Positions 20,411 to 30,512 of a stretch of 64,000 bases of DNA are shown here, piece after piece. Below the pieces are notes generated by a model that searched no databases, was not told the DNA's origin, and worked only from the letters and a program-made list of their open reading frames with translations. Position 1 is the first letter of the stretch; each line of letters opens with the position of its first letter. This DNA comes from Alphaproteobacteria bacterium (GTDB lineage: Bacteria > Pseudomonadota > Alphaproteobacteria > UBA828): assembly GCA_965237415.1 (NCBI GenBank), contig CBDEFM010000002.1:544001-608000 (forward strand). Reading direction: 5' to 3'. A program made the translations under genes and the position numbers.

Positions 20411-21112
20411 ATGCCTGGAAGCGTCGAACACTGGGGAGAGAGCACCGATCTCGCGGTGCTGGACCGCCTGGTGCAGGTTGGCGGGCGCTCGCTCATCGAT
20501 GTCGGCTGCGGTGGCGGCGCCCTTGCGCGCGCGCTCGCCGAACGCGGCGCTACTGTGCTCGGGGTCGAGCCGGACCCGGTCCAGGCCGCGCGCAATCGCG
20601 AGGCCTCGGAGACTCCCGGTGTGAGCTTCGCCGAGGGGCGAGCGGAGTCGCTCCCGGTCGGCGACGGCGCGGCCGATGGGGCGATCTTCGGCCGCTCCCT
20701 CCACCACGTGCCGCGGGCCGCCATGCGACCCGCGCTCAAGGAAGCGCGGCGGGTGCTCCGCTCCGGCGGTTTCCTGTACGTGCTGGAGCCGGTGATGGAG
20801 GGAGCGTTCTCGGCCGTCATGAAGCCATTTCACGACGAGACAGAGGTGCGCCGTCAGGCGCGCGAAGCGCTGACCGACTCGGCGCCGCTCTTCGCCCGCG
20901 CGAGGGAGATTCACTACGAGGTCGAAAGGCGGTTCGAGAGTCACGAGGCTTTCGTCGATCTCTTCTCCGGCCTCACCTATAACACCTACGGTGCCGATGC
21001 GGTGCGGAGCGAGACCGTGAAGCGACTCTTCGAAGCCGGACGCACGGACTCGGGCGACTACGCCTTCGCGCAGCCCATGCGGGTCGATCTGTTCTACACT
21101 GACCGCGAATGA
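20411..21112 (+). CDS. Class I SAM-dependent methyltransferase
   Basis: LIDVGCGGG, GRAESLP, SLHHV, ARRVLRSGG. Confidence 0.85.
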   Translation: MPGSVEHWGESTDLAVLDRLVQVGGRSLIDVGCGGGALARALAERGATVLGVEPDPVQAARNREASETPGVSFAEGRAESLPVGDGAADGAIFGRSLHHVPRAAMRPALKEARRVLRSGGFLYVLEPVMEGAFSAVMKPFHDETEVRRQAREALTDSAPLFARAREIHYEVERRFESHEAFVDLFSGLTYNTYGADAVRSETVKRLFEAGRTDSGDYAFAQPMRVDLFYTDRE

Positions 21113-22569
21113 GCGACGCCGACGCTCTCGCCCTCTTTTCCGTCGCCGAAATTTATGCGGCCGATGCGGCGGCGGCGGAAGCCGGTATTCCCGGACTGAC
21201 GCTGATGGAGAACGCCGGCCGCGCGGTCGCGCAGGCGATCGTGCGGCGCTGGGCGCCTCGGCCCGTCGCGGTACTCTGCGGCCCCGGCAACAACGGCGGG
21301 GATGGCTTCGTCGTAGCAAGATTGCTGGCGGAGGCCGGCTGGCCCGTGCGGCTCGGGTTGCTCGGCACCCGCGAGCGCTTGAAGGGCGATTCCGCGGCCA
21401 TGGCCGATCGGTGGAAGCAGCCGGTCGAGCCGCTCTCGTCGACGCTGCTCGACGGCGAGCCGCTGGTCGTCGACGCGTTGTTCGGCGCAGGCCTTGCCCG
21501 GCCGCTAGAGGGTGTGGCACTGGAACTCGTCGAAACCAGCGCCGCTCGCGACTTGCCCTGCGTTGCGGTCGATATTCCGAGCGGCATCCATGGCGACACC
21601 GGCGAAGCCCTCGGCGGTGCCTTCAGGGCGGCGGTGACCGTGACCTTCGGCCGGCGCAAGTACGGCCACCTGCTGTTGCCGGGGCGCGAGCGTGCCGGGG
21701 ACGTGGTGGTCGCCGACATCGGCATTCCGGCGGCGGCGATCGATTCGCTGGCTCTTCGGGTGCACGAGAACGCGCCAATGCTCTGGCGGGCGCTGCTGCC
21801 CGGCCCGGCCCCCGCCGATCACAAGTACAGCCGCGGCCATGCGCTGGTCGTCGGCGGCGACGGCGCGCATTCGGGCGCGGCGCGGTTAGCAGCCCGTGCG
21901 GCGCTCCGGGTTGGCGGCGGGCTGGTCACGGTTCACGCACCCGAAGACGCGCTTCCCGTCTATGCCTCCCAGCTCACCGCCGTCATGGTTGCATCCGCGG
22001 CCGATCTGGATGCGGCGCTCGCGGACGAGCGACGCAACGCGCTGCTGATAGGCCCCGGCTGCGGCGTGAGCCCGACGACTCGCGTGCAGGCGCTTCAGGC
22101 ACTCCGCGCTGGTAAACGATGTGTCCTCGATGCCGACGCGCTCACCGCTTTCCGCAACGAACCGCGCACGCTGTTTGATGCACTCACACCCGATTCGGTG
22201 TTGACCCCGCACGAAGGTGAGTACCGGCGCCTGTTCGCCCACGAAGGCGACAAGCTCTCCCGCGCCCTTGCGGCCGCCGCCGAGTGCGGGGCCGTGGTGG
22301 TGCTGAAGGGTGCTGACAGCGTGATCGCGGCCCCCGACGGCCGAGCGGCGATCAACGCCAATGCGCCGCCGTCACTGGCAACGGCGGGCTCAGGCGACGT
22401 TCTGGCCGGCTTCATTCTCGGCCTGCTGGCGCAGGGAATGCCGGCGTTCGAGGCGGCGGCGGCGGGAGTCTGGCTGCACGGCGCGGCGGCCGCGGCCTTC
22501 GGTCCCGGGCTGATCGCGGAGGACCTTACGGAGACCTTGCCCTCCGTTCTCCGCACCTTGGCAGGGTAA
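21109..22569 (+). CDS. nnr: Bifunctional NAD(P)HX epimerase/dehydratase (YjeF)
   Basis: LMENAG, GPGNNGGDG, DALFGAGL, HKYSRG, LTPHEGE, LATAGSGDVL. Confidence 0.93.
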   Translation: MSDADALALFSVAEIYAADAAAAEAGIPGLTLMENAGRAVAQAIVRRWAPRPVAVLCGPGNNGGDGFVVARLLAEAGWPVRLGLLGTRERLKGDSAAMADRWKQPVEPLSSTLLDGEPLVVDALFGAGLARPLEGVALELVETSAARDLPCVAVDIPSGIHGDTGEALGGAFRAAVTVTFGRRKYGHLLLPGRERAGDVVVADIGIPAAAIDSLALRVHENAPMLWRALLPGPAPADHKYSRGHALVVGGDGAHSGAARLAARAALRVGGGLVTVHAPEDALPVYASQLTAVMVASAADLDAALADERRNALLIGPGCGVSPTTRVQALQALRAGKRCVLDADALTAFRNEPRTLFDALTPDSVLTPHEGEYRRLFAHEGDKLSRALAAAAECGAVVVLKGADSVIAAPDGRAAINANAPPSLATAGSGDVLAGFILGLLAQGMPAFEAAAAGVWLHGAAAAAFGPGLIAEDLTETLPSVLRTLAG

Positions 22570-22765
22570 AGGCATCCATCGGCGACAACGGGTCGTGCCG
22601 GAGGCGTGCTGCGCCAAGCGGTCACCGGAACTCAACCGCAATAGGAGTTAAGGGATTAAGCGATACAAGCAACGTGTTCGCTCCATATCGGAACGTCCCG
22701 ATTGACAGTGCATTCGAAGATGGTCAAGCATCGCAAAACTGTGAATCGAGGACAGGGATTGGACA

Positions 22766-24193
22766 ATGCGGCGAGACTCCAGAACTACGCGTGGAATGAT
22801 GCCGGGCCTCTCGCGCCTAGGCTTTGCGCCCTTCGGCTTCGCCGCTCGGTCCCGCTGGAGGACCGTTGCTCTGGTCCTCGTGTTCACCGTCTCCCTGGTG
22901 TTTGTCGTGCCGCAGGCATACGCAGCGGTCACCGCAGAGACGCAGTTCATCCTCAACAGCTTCTCGTTCCTCATCTGGGGCGCGCTGGTTATGTGGATGT
23001 GCGCCGGCTTCACCATGCTGGAGGCCGGTTCTGTCCGCACCAAGAACGCCTCGGTCATCTGCCTGAAGAACATCGGCCTCTATTCCATCGCCGGGCTCAC
23101 CTACTATCTGGTCGGCTACAACCTGATGTACGTCGATGTCGGGAGCTGGGTCGGTTCGTTCGCGCTGCCGTACTCGACGACCGCTGACGAGATCGCGCTG
23201 CTTGGTGGCGATGAAGGCGCCGTCGAGGCCGTCGTGGCGGGCGGCTACTCCACGATGTCCGACTGGTTCTTCCAGATGGTGTTCGTGGCGACGACCGCCT
23301 CGATCGTCTCGGGCACCCTGGCCGAGCGCGTGAAGCTCTGGTCGTTCTTCATCTACATCACCTTGTTGACCGCCTTCATCTATCCGGTGATCGGCTCCTG
23401 GACATGGGGCGGCGGCTGGCTCAACGCGATGGGCTTCCAGGATTTCGCCGGCTCCACGATCGTGCATTCGACCGGGGGCTGGGCGGCTCTGGCCGGCGCT
23501 CTCGTCGTCGGCGCGCGGAAGGGCAAGTTCCGCGCAGACGGCAGCGTCAAGACGACGGCGCCCTCCAACGTGCCGGCGGTAACTCTCGGCATATTCATCC
23601 TCTGGCTCGGCTGGTTTGGGTTCAACGGCGGTTCTCAGCTTGCGTTGAGCGGCGCAGCCGATGCCGTGGCGCTCAGCAACATCCTGGCCAACACCAACTT
23701 GGCGGCTGCCGCCGGCGTGCTCGCGGCGATCATCCTGTCGCGGCCGATCATGGGCCGTGTCGACCTGATCACCAGCCTGAACGGCGCCATCGCCGGCCTG
23801 GTGGCGATCACGGCGGGCCCCGACATCGTCGATCACTACTTCGCCGTCATCATCGGCGCGATCGGCGGTGCCATCGTCGTCCTCGGCGTGAAGTTTCTCG
23901 AGATGGTCAAGGTGGACGATGTGGTCGGTGCGGTTCCGGCCCACCTCTTTGCCGGGGTGTGGGGAACCCTGGCCGTTTGCATCGCGGCCGGCGGCGACCC
24001 CGGCGTACAGATCATCGGCATCCTCGCCATCGGTGCCTTCGTGTTCGGCACCTCGTTCCTGGCGTGGTTCATCATCGACAAGACGCTCGGGGCGCGGATC
24101 CCGGCAGTGCACGAGGAGCTTGGCCAGGATGCGGCGGAACTAGGAATTGAGTCCTACCCCGAATTCGTGCTAATGCCCGAAATAGACGACTAA
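22766..24193 (+). CDS. amtB: Ammonium transporter
   Basis: FFQMVF, ASIVSG, DFAGSTIVH, WFGFNGGS, DDVVGAVPAH; twin His intact. Start uncertain (22766 or 22796). Confidence 0.93.
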   Translation: MRRDSRTTRGMMPGLSRLGFAPFGFAARSRWRTVALVLVFTVSLVFVVPQAYAAVTAETQFILNSFSFLIWGALVMWMCAGFTMLEAGSVRTKNASVICLKNIGLYSIAGLTYYLVGYNLMYVDVGSWVGSFALPYSTTADEIALLGGDEGAVEAVVAGGYSTMSDWFFQMVFVATTASIVSGTLAERVKLWSFFIYITLLTAFIYPVIGSWTWGGGWLNAMGFQDFAGSTIVHSTGGWAALAGALVVGARKGKFRADGSVKTTAPSNVPAVTLGIFILWLGWFGFNGGSQLALSGAADAVALSNILANTNLAAAAGVLAAIILSRPIMGRVDLITSLNGAIAGLVAITAGPDIVDHYFAVIIGAIGGAIVVLGVKFLEMVKVDDVVGAVPAHLFAGVWGTLAVCIAAGGDPGVQIIGILAIGAFVFGTSFLAWFIIDKTLGARIPAVHEELGQDAAELGIESYPEFVLMPEIDD

Positions 24194-24320
24194 CCACACA
24201 TCATCAGCGGTTATCTGTGCGCTGCATCCGTCGAGCGGCTGAAGGCGCATCAAGAGGGGAGTCTCGTTCCTCGAACACGCTGTATGATCTGGCGCGGCGC
24301 GGAGACAGGAGGCCACGGCA

Positions 24321-24659
24321 ATGGAGTTGACGATCGAACGCGACGATAGCGCCCTGACCGCCAGGGTGAATGGGCGTATCGACAGCACCAATGCCCGCGA
24401 TTTCGAGGAGGCGATCCGAACCAAGATCGAAGACGGCGACCGAGCCGTGATCATGGACTTCGAGAATCTCTCCTATATCAGCAGTGCGGGCCTCCGCGCC
24501 GTGCTGATAACCGCCAAGACCTTGTGGAAGCGGGATGCCAAGTTCGCGCTCTGCTCGCTCTCCGGGCCGGTCAAGGAAGTGTTCGAGATCAGCGGCTTCG
24601 ACAAGATCATCCCGATCCATGATTCCCGGGAAGGGGCGCTGAGCTCACTCGACGGCTAA
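24321..24659 (+). CDS. STAS-domain anti-sigma factor antagonist
   Basis: GRIDS, YISSAGLR phospho-Ser motif, EVFEISGF. AGGAGG RBS. Confidence 0.9.
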   Translation: MELTIERDDSALTARVNGRIDSTNARDFEEAIRTKIEDGDRAVIMDFENLSYISSAGLRAVLITAKTLWKRDAKFALCSLSGPVKEVFEISGFDKIIPIHDSREGALSSLDG

Positions 24660-25295
24660 CGCCGTCCGCAGGCGGGCCATCAGCCCGTCTGCCGTCACGA
24701 TACCAGAGGGAGAGAGGGCGACGCCGCCGGCAAGCAGCATGCGCGCCGTCCACGTATTGCACGTGTTGAAGAGGTGGAACTCACCCAAGGCGTTGTAGAA
24801 GCGGCTGTCGGGGTAGAGGCCGCGGGAGATGGCTCTGGCGTGGGCGCCTCCGGGGCGTTCGAACCCGGCCGCAAGCGCCTCGACCAGATTGAGAAAGCCC
24901 CCCTCGGTGAGCGCCACCGACACGACCTCCAGGCCCGTGCCGCGATCCTCTGGCGCGGCCGCGAGGCCTGCCATGTGCATGACCGCCGGTGTCGGGGTGA
25001 GAGCGGCGGCGAGCGTCATTCCGAGCGTCTTTTCCTTCGCCGGATAGTAGACGCGGTCACCCCAACCGAATTCGAGAAACGCAGCGTCGGGAAAGTCCGC
25101 GGTCTCCGGCAGCAGGCCGGTGGCGGCGAGGGCAGGGGCGGGCACGACGATTGCCGTGTGCCAGCCGTTACTGGCCACCTGAATGAGTCGGGAGCGTGGT
25201 TCGCCATCGCCTGAGGGTGGGGGCGGCGCGGTCTCGCAGGTGGCGAGCCAGGCGGCGCAAAGCACAAGCGCCGGCCCGAGCAGCCAGCGCCTCAC
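24645..25295 (-). CDS. DUF2459-like lipoprotein
   Basis: Lipobox LATC, SNGWHTAIVVP, LEFGWGD, FNTCNTWTA. Confidence 0.75.
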   Translation of the reverse strand: MRRWLLGPALVLCAAWLATCETAPPPPSGDGEPRSRLIQVASNGWHTAIVVPAPALAATGLLPETADFPDAAFLEFGWGDRVYYPAKEKTLGMTLAAALTPTPAVMHMAGLAAAPEDRGTGLEVVSVALTEGGFLNLVEALAAGFERPGGAHARAISRGLYPDSRFYNALGEFHLFNTCNTWTARMLLAGGVALSPSGIVTADGLMARLRTALAVE

Positions 25296-25332
25296 AGCGA
25301 CCCTCCCGCACCGGCTCCCAACGGGGCCGTTG

Positions 25333-26376
25333 CTACAGCAACTCCTCTGCGAGGAAACGGATTTCCTCCCGCCCGGCGCCGGCAAGCAAGAGCGCCGTTA
25401 CCGACCCCTCTGCCGCCGCAATCTTCCACGCCGCCAGCCGCTCCCTGATATGCGCCTTCGGCCCTACCAGGGCGATGCCGTCGGCGAATTCGTCGGGGAC
25501 GGCCATCACCGCGCCCTGCTTGTCGCCGGAGAGATACAGGTCCTGGATGGTCTCGGCGGCCTCGCCGAAGCCCAACCTGTGCGCATAGTCGTTGTAGAAG
25601 TTTCGGCCCCGCGCGCCCATGCCGCCGACATAGAGCGCGAGCGATTGTTTCACCGTGAGCAGCGCACGCGCGTGATCTTCGTCGATCTTCACATCGACGA
25701 AGGGGGCGATGGCGAAGCCCTCGCGCGTCTCGCCGTGGCCGCCCCGGCGGAAGCCCTCGACGAGCGGAGCGCGATAGACGTGAGCGCGCTCGGGCATCAT
25801 GAAGAGCGGGAACAGGCCGTCGGTGATCTCGCCGGCCAGCCTGAGCCCCGCAGGGGAGACCGAGCCGGTATAGATCGGCAGCGGGTGGCGGGCGTGGATG
25901 ATGCTCTTCAGCGGCTTGCCGAGCCCGGTGGCGTCCGGCCCGCGATAGGGGAGGGAGTAGTGCATGCCCTCATGGACGACCGGCTCCTCGCGCGCCACGA
26001 TTCGGCGCACGATCGATACATATTCGCGCAGCCGCTCATGGGGTTTGCCGTAGGCGACTCCATGCCAGCCTTCGATCACCTGCGGTCCCGACGGACCGAC
26101 GCCGAGAACGAAACGGCCGCCGGAGAGCGCCTGGAGCGTCATCGCCGTCATCGCGGCGCAGGCCGGTGTGCGCGCAGGCATCTGCATGAGCGCGGTGCCG
26201 ACCGTCATCCGCTCGGTCTGGGCGAGGATCCAGGCGGCCGGCGTCACCGCGTCCGAACCATAGGCCTCGGAGGTCCAGATCGATCGGTAGCCGAGCGCCT
26301 CAGCCTCTTGGATCAGGTCGATGTCGATGGCGAAGTCCCGGCCCGAATAGCCGAGCACGAGCCCGAGTTGCAGCAC
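25333..26376 (-). CDS. LLM-class (luciferase-like) oxidoreductase, F420-dependent subfamily-like
   Basis: WTSEAYGSDA, MQMPARTP, GPSGPQVIEGWHG, ALYVGGMGARGRNFYN. Confidence 0.85.
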   Translation of the reverse strand: MLQLGLVLGYSGRDFAIDIDLIQEAEALGYRSIWTSEAYGSDAVTPAAWILAQTERMTVGTALMQMPARTPACAAMTAMTLQALSGGRFVLGVGPSGPQVIEGWHGVAYGKPHERLREYVSIVRRIVAREEPVVHEGMHYSLPYRGPDATGLGKPLKSIIHARHPLPIYTGSVSPAGLRLAGEITDGLFPLFMMPERAHVYRAPLVEGFRRGGHGETREGFAIAPFVDVKIDEDHARALLTVKQSLALYVGGMGARGRNFYNDYAHRLGFGEAAETIQDLYLSGDKQGAVMAVPDEFADGIALVGPKAHIRERLAAWKIAAAEGSVTALLLAGAGREEIRFLAEELL

Positions 26377-26467
26377 TGATCTTCTCCTGTGGCGACCGGC
26401 GCGTCGATAAATTGGGAGATAGGCCAGTTCTGCTACAATGACCAGGGATCAAAGTAGGGAGGAGAGA

Positions 26468-27616
26468 ATGGGTACCATGTGGAACAGCGACCCGCGCGGT
26501 TGGCGCCTGTCGCGGCGCGGCTTCATGAAGGGGGCGACAGCCCTTGGCGGCACTGCAGCGCTATCAAGCACCTTTGCCGGCCGAAACGCGGGGGCGCAGG
26601 AGCAGACGCTCACCTATCTGAGCTGGCCGGGGCACGCCGACCCGTTCGTCGTCGAACCCTTCGAGAAGGAGCACGGCGTCAAGATCGAAAGCAAGGAATA
26701 TGTCGGCGGCGAGCAGATGCTTGCACTCGTCAACCAATCGCCGCCCGGCACCTACGACGTGATTCTCTCGGACCGCGAATACATCGTGCAGCTGCGCGAT
26801 GCGGGCTTCATCGACAAGATGGATCCAGCCGACTATCCCTTCGACGACTTCTGGCCCGAGTTCCACAACCTCGATGGCCACTGGCTGGACGGCGACCTCT
26901 ACTCGGTGATGGTGGACTTCGGCTATCTCGGGCTGGTCCACAACACCGACCACCTCAGCGAGGCGGACTGCAGCAGCTACGGCGTGATGTGGGAGGAACG
27001 GGTGACCGGAAAGGTCGGCCATTTCGACTGGTATCTGCCGACCATGGGCTGCCTCAGCCTCTATGACGGCAACAAGGACCCGTTCAACATCGACGACGCG
27101 GCGTTCAGCAAGCTGCGCGAGACCACTTTCTCGCTCAAGCCGCAGCTCGCGGGCTTCTACAGCATGGCCGACGTGTTCTCGTCGATGACCAACGGCCAGG
27201 CCTGGGTCATGCCCGGCATCGGCGAGTGGATTTCGATCCTCCTGCACAAGGGCGGTTTGCCGGTGACCACCACCATTCCGGACGAGGGCGGCATCCAGTG
27301 GACCGAATCGGTCTCGATCGGCACCGGCTCCGAGAAGCAGGATCTGGCCAAGAAGTTCATTCAGTATCTGACCAGCCCCGAAGGGCAGTGGCGTGTGGCC
27401 ACCAAGCCGTCCTACAACGGCTCGATCCCCAACAAGAAGGGCTGGGACGCGCTCAACGCGAACGACCCGGAATCGGCCGAACTGATGCGGCACCGGTTCG
27501 ACAAGCGGAACGTCATGGACGAGTACAAGGACGGCAAGATCCAACTGCGTCAGACCCCGATCCAGCAGTCGATCGACGACTGGACCGAGGTCTGGAACGA
27601 GTACAAGAACATCTAG
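26468..27616 (+). CDS. ABC substrate-binding protein (PotD/PotF family) with Tat signal
   Basis: SRRGFMK twin-arginine motif, LSWPGH, IPDEGGIQW, AKKFIQYLTSPE. GGGAGG RBS. Confidence 0.88.
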   Translation: MGTMWNSDPRGWRLSRRGFMKGATALGGTAALSSTFAGRNAGAQEQTLTYLSWPGHADPFVVEPFEKEHGVKIESKEYVGGEQMLALVNQSPPGTYDVILSDREYIVQLRDAGFIDKMDPADYPFDDFWPEFHNLDGHWLDGDLYSVMVDFGYLGLVHNTDHLSEADCSSYGVMWEERVTGKVGHFDWYLPTMGCLSLYDGNKDPFNIDDAAFSKLRETTFSLKPQLAGFYSMADVFSSMTNGQAWVMPGIGEWISILLHKGGLPVTTTIPDEGGIQWTESVSIGTGSEKQDLAKKFIQYLTSPEGQWRVATKPSYNGSIPNKKGWDALNANDPESAELMRHRFDKRNVMDEYKDGKIQLRQTPIQQSIDDWTEVWNEYKNI

Positions 27617-27623
27617 CGCAAGG

Positions 27624-27649
27624 CGGGGGCCGTGCTCGGGCGGCCCCCG
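27624..27649 (+). terminator. GC-rich hairpin after the SBP gene (mRNA stabiliser or attenuator)
   Basis: CGGGGGCCG / CGGCCCCCG 9-bp stem, no U-tract. Confidence 0.45.
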
Positions 27650-27679
27650 ACCCTCCGTTCGCCCGAACCTGCCTCATCC

Positions 27680-28573
27680 ATGGCCGCCGCTGCCGATGAA
27701 GGGGTGACGGCCGCCGCCCGCCGCGGCGCCCGCCCCGACGCCTACGCGCTTTTCTGGGGCCTGCCGCTCGCCCTCTGGCAGGGCGCGTTCCTCCTGGCGC
27801 CGCTCGCCTTCCTCGTCGTGATGACCTTCTGGTCGGTGAAGAACTTCCGGCTCGATCCCGGTTTCGACACCGTCAACTGGGTCAACATGTGGAGCAAGGG
27901 CTATGTCGTTGACACGTATCTGCGCACCCTCGGCTACGGCGCGCTTGCGGCCGCGGTGTGCAGCGTAGTGGCCTTTCCCGCGGCCTACGCGCTCGCCTTC
28001 AAGGTGTCGCCCGCGACCCGCCGCCTCGGGGTCTTCCTGCTCATCACGCCGTTCTTCACAAGCTATATCGTGCGCATCTATTCCTGGCAGCCGGTGCTCT
28101 CGGAGAGCGGCATCCTGAATACCATTTTCGCTCACCTCGGCTTCGGCCCGGTGGCGATGCTGAACACGCTGTTCGGCACCCTCATCGGCTATCTGACGCT
28201 CTGCCTGCCTCTGGTGATCCTGCTTCAGCTCTTCAGCCTCGCGAATGTCGACCGCAGCCTGATCGAAGCGGCCCACAATCTCGGCTGCGGGCGGATCAGG
28301 ACCATATTTCTGGTGATCATCCCCTCGGCGAAGGTTGGCCTAATCCTGGCGGCGACTTTTACCTTCATTCTGTGCTTCGGCGATTTCGTGAGTCCCGTGA
28401 GCCTCGGCGGAAGCAAGCCGCCGACACTCAGTATTCTGATCGTGGACACGGTGAAGCAGGGCAATCACTGGCCGCGCGCGGCGGTGGTCGCGGTCACCAT
28501 GGTGGTCACGCTGATCGTGGTCGCCTTCACCGCGCTCTATTTCGCCTACGGCCAGGGGCGGGCGCGCCGGTGA
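27680..28573 (+). CDS. ABC permease (PotB-like)
   Basis: PFFTSYIVR, SLIEAAHNLG (EAA loop), TM helices. Confidence 0.88.
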   Translation: MAAAADEGVTAAARRGARPDAYALFWGLPLALWQGAFLLAPLAFLVVMTFWSVKNFRLDPGFDTVNWVNMWSKGYVVDTYLRTLGYGALAAAVCSVVAFPAAYALAFKVSPATRRLGVFLLITPFFTSYIVRIYSWQPVLSESGILNTIFAHLGFGPVAMLNTLFGTLIGYLTLCLPLVILLQLFSLANVDRSLIEAAHNLGCGRIRTIFLVIIPSAKVGLILAATFTFILCFGDFVSPVSLGGSKPPTLSILIVDTVKQGNHWPRAAVVAVTMVVTLIVVAFTALYFAYGQGRARR

Positions 28574-29379
28574 GCCTCGACCGCCTCATCCGCGGCAGCC
28601 TTCTCGGCTATGTGGGCATCGCGCTCGGTTTCGTTTTCGTGCCTATCGTGATCAGCTTCATCTTCTCCTTCAACGAGGGCCGCTTCCCCATCCTGCCGAT
28701 CGAGAACTTCTCGACGGTCTGGTACGAAGCGATCTGGAACGAGGCGCCGGTGCCGCGCGCCTTTCGCTTCAGCATCATCGTCGGCCTCTCGGTCGCGGCC
28801 ATCTCCACCTTCATCGGCTTCGCGACCGCGTATACCGATTTCCGCTACCGCTTCCTCGGCAAGAACGTCTACCTCGCCCTGGCCCTGTTGCCGCCCACGA
28901 TCCCGGTGCTGATCCTGGGGCTCGTCATGCTGATGTTCTTGGGCCGAGTGAGTCTGGTCGGTGAGCTCCATTCGGTGATCTTCGCCCACGTCGTTTACTG
29001 CACACCCTTCGCCATGGCGTTGATCCGGCTCCGCCTCTCGCAGATGGACCCGGACCTGGAGTGCGCCGCGTGGAATCTCGGCGCCGATAACTGGCGGGGG
29101 ATGCTCTACGTCATCCTGCCCTTCACCATGCCTTCGATCTTTGCGGCGCTTTTCCTCACCGCGGCGGTGTCGTTCGATGAGTTCATGATCGCCTTCTTCG
29201 TCGGCGGCGTGAACGAGACGCTGCCCGTGCGCGTGCTCAACATGATGCAGGGGCAGGTGAGCCCCCGGATCAACGCCGTCGGCAGCGTCGTCTTCGCGGT
29301 ATCCATCACGCTCGTTATTCTGGCGCAGGTCTTTCTGCTGACCCGCCGCGGCACCGGCCGCCTCACGGTACCGGTGTAG
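28570..29379 (+). CDS. ABC permease (PotC-like)
   Basis: FSFN, LECAAWNLGA, SFDEF, TLPV, PRINA. Confidence 0.88.
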   Translation: MSLDRLIRGSLLGYVGIALGFVFVPIVISFIFSFNEGRFPILPIENFSTVWYEAIWNEAPVPRAFRFSIIVGLSVAAISTFIGFATAYTDFRYRFLGKNVYLALALLPPTIPVLILGLVMLMFLGRVSLVGELHSVIFAHVVYCTPFAMALIRLRLSQMDPDLECAAWNLGADNWRGMLYVILPFTMPSIFAALFLTAAVSFDEFMIAFFVGGVNETLPVRVLNMMQGQVSPRINAVGSVVFAVSITLVILAQVFLLTRRGTGRLTVPV

Positions 29380-29391
29380 GAGCAACGCGCG

Positions 29392-30477
29392 ATGGCTGAA
29401 CCCCTGCTGGTTCTCGACGGGCTGAGCAAGCGCTTCGGCGAGCAGGAGGCCGTGCGCGGGATCGACCTGGAGATCGCCGAGGGCGAGTTCATCGCGCTCA
29501 TGGGGCCGTCCGGCTGCGGCAAGACCACTACGTTGCGCATGATCGCGGGCCTCGAAGAGCCTACCAGCGGCGAGGTACGGCTGGCGGGCGAGCGCGTCAA
29601 CGAACGCAAGCCCTGGGAGCGCGACACGCCCATGGTGTGGCAGAGCCTCGCGCTCTTTCCCCATTTAAGCGTGCGCGGGAACGTCGAATTCGGCCTCAAG
29701 ATGCGCGGCTTGCGAGCCAAGGAACGGCGCGCAAGGGCGCTCAAATGGCTGGAGCAAGTGGGCATCGCTGACTTCGCGAACCGCAACATCGCGCAGTTAT
29801 CGGGCGGCGAGCGTCAGCGTGTGGCGCTCGCCCGCGCACTGGTGACCGAGCCGCGAATTCTCTTGTTGGACGAGCCGCTGAGCGCGCTCGACGCCCACCT
29901 CAGGGTCCGCATGCAGGCCGAGATCGCCCAGCTTCAGCGCCGGCTCGGCATCACCTTCGTCTACGTGACCCACAACCAATCCGAGGCCTTCGCCATGGCG
30001 AGCCGTGTCGTCATCATGGATCACGGCCTAATTCAGCAGATCGGCGCTCCGCGCGAAGTCTACCGCGTACCTGCTAACCGCTTCGTCGCGGAGTTCGTGG
30101 GCACCAACAACATCATCGAGGGGAGCGTGCGCGCTGTCGAGGGCGCGCGTATCGGTGTTGAGACGGCGCATGGCAGAATCGAGGCTGCGATGCCGACGGG
30201 GCGTGCGCCGGCCGTGGGCGATTCGCTCAATCTCGTCGTGAGCGGCGACCGGGTCGCCTTGCCTGCGCAGACAGACGTGCACAGCAACGCCGTCACCGGC
30301 ACCCTGATCAGCGAGGAGTTCATCGGCTCGGTGGTGACGCTGCACCTCGATATCGGCGGCGGCGCGGTATTTCGCGTCCAGAAGCAGGCGCACGAACTCG
30401 ACACCATCGACATTACGCCGGGGCAAACGTTTCACGCGTCGTGGCGGGCGGAAGACACTTATGTGCTGCCGACGTAA
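29392..30477 (+). CDS. ABC ATP-binding subunit (PotA-like, TOBE domain)
   Basis: GPSGCGKTT, LSGGERQRVALARAL, LLLDEP, VTHNQ. Confidence 0.93.
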   Translation: MAEPLLVLDGLSKRFGEQEAVRGIDLEIAEGEFIALMGPSGCGKTTTLRMIAGLEEPTSGEVRLAGERVNERKPWERDTPMVWQSLALFPHLSVRGNVEFGLKMRGLRAKERRARALKWLEQVGIADFANRNIAQLSGGERQRVALARALVTEPRILLLDEPLSALDAHLRVRMQAEIAQLQRRLGITFVYVTHNQSEAFAMASRVVIMDHGLIQQIGAPREVYRVPANRFVAEFVGTNNIIEGSVRAVEGARIGVETAHGRIEAAMPTGRAPAVGDSLNLVVSGDRVALPAQTDVHSNAVTGTLISEEFIGSVVTLHLDIGGGAVFRVQKQAHELDTIDITPGQTFHASWRAEDTYVLPT

Positions 30478-30512
30478 CCGAGTTGCGGCGGACGTAGGGG
30501 AGGGGTGAGAGC

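Noticed and set aside
26377-26467. Guanidine riboswitch expected upstream of the guanidino-catabolic operon
   Set aside because: The region is short, and I see no paired ACGR hairpins (class II) or ykkC-like consensus.
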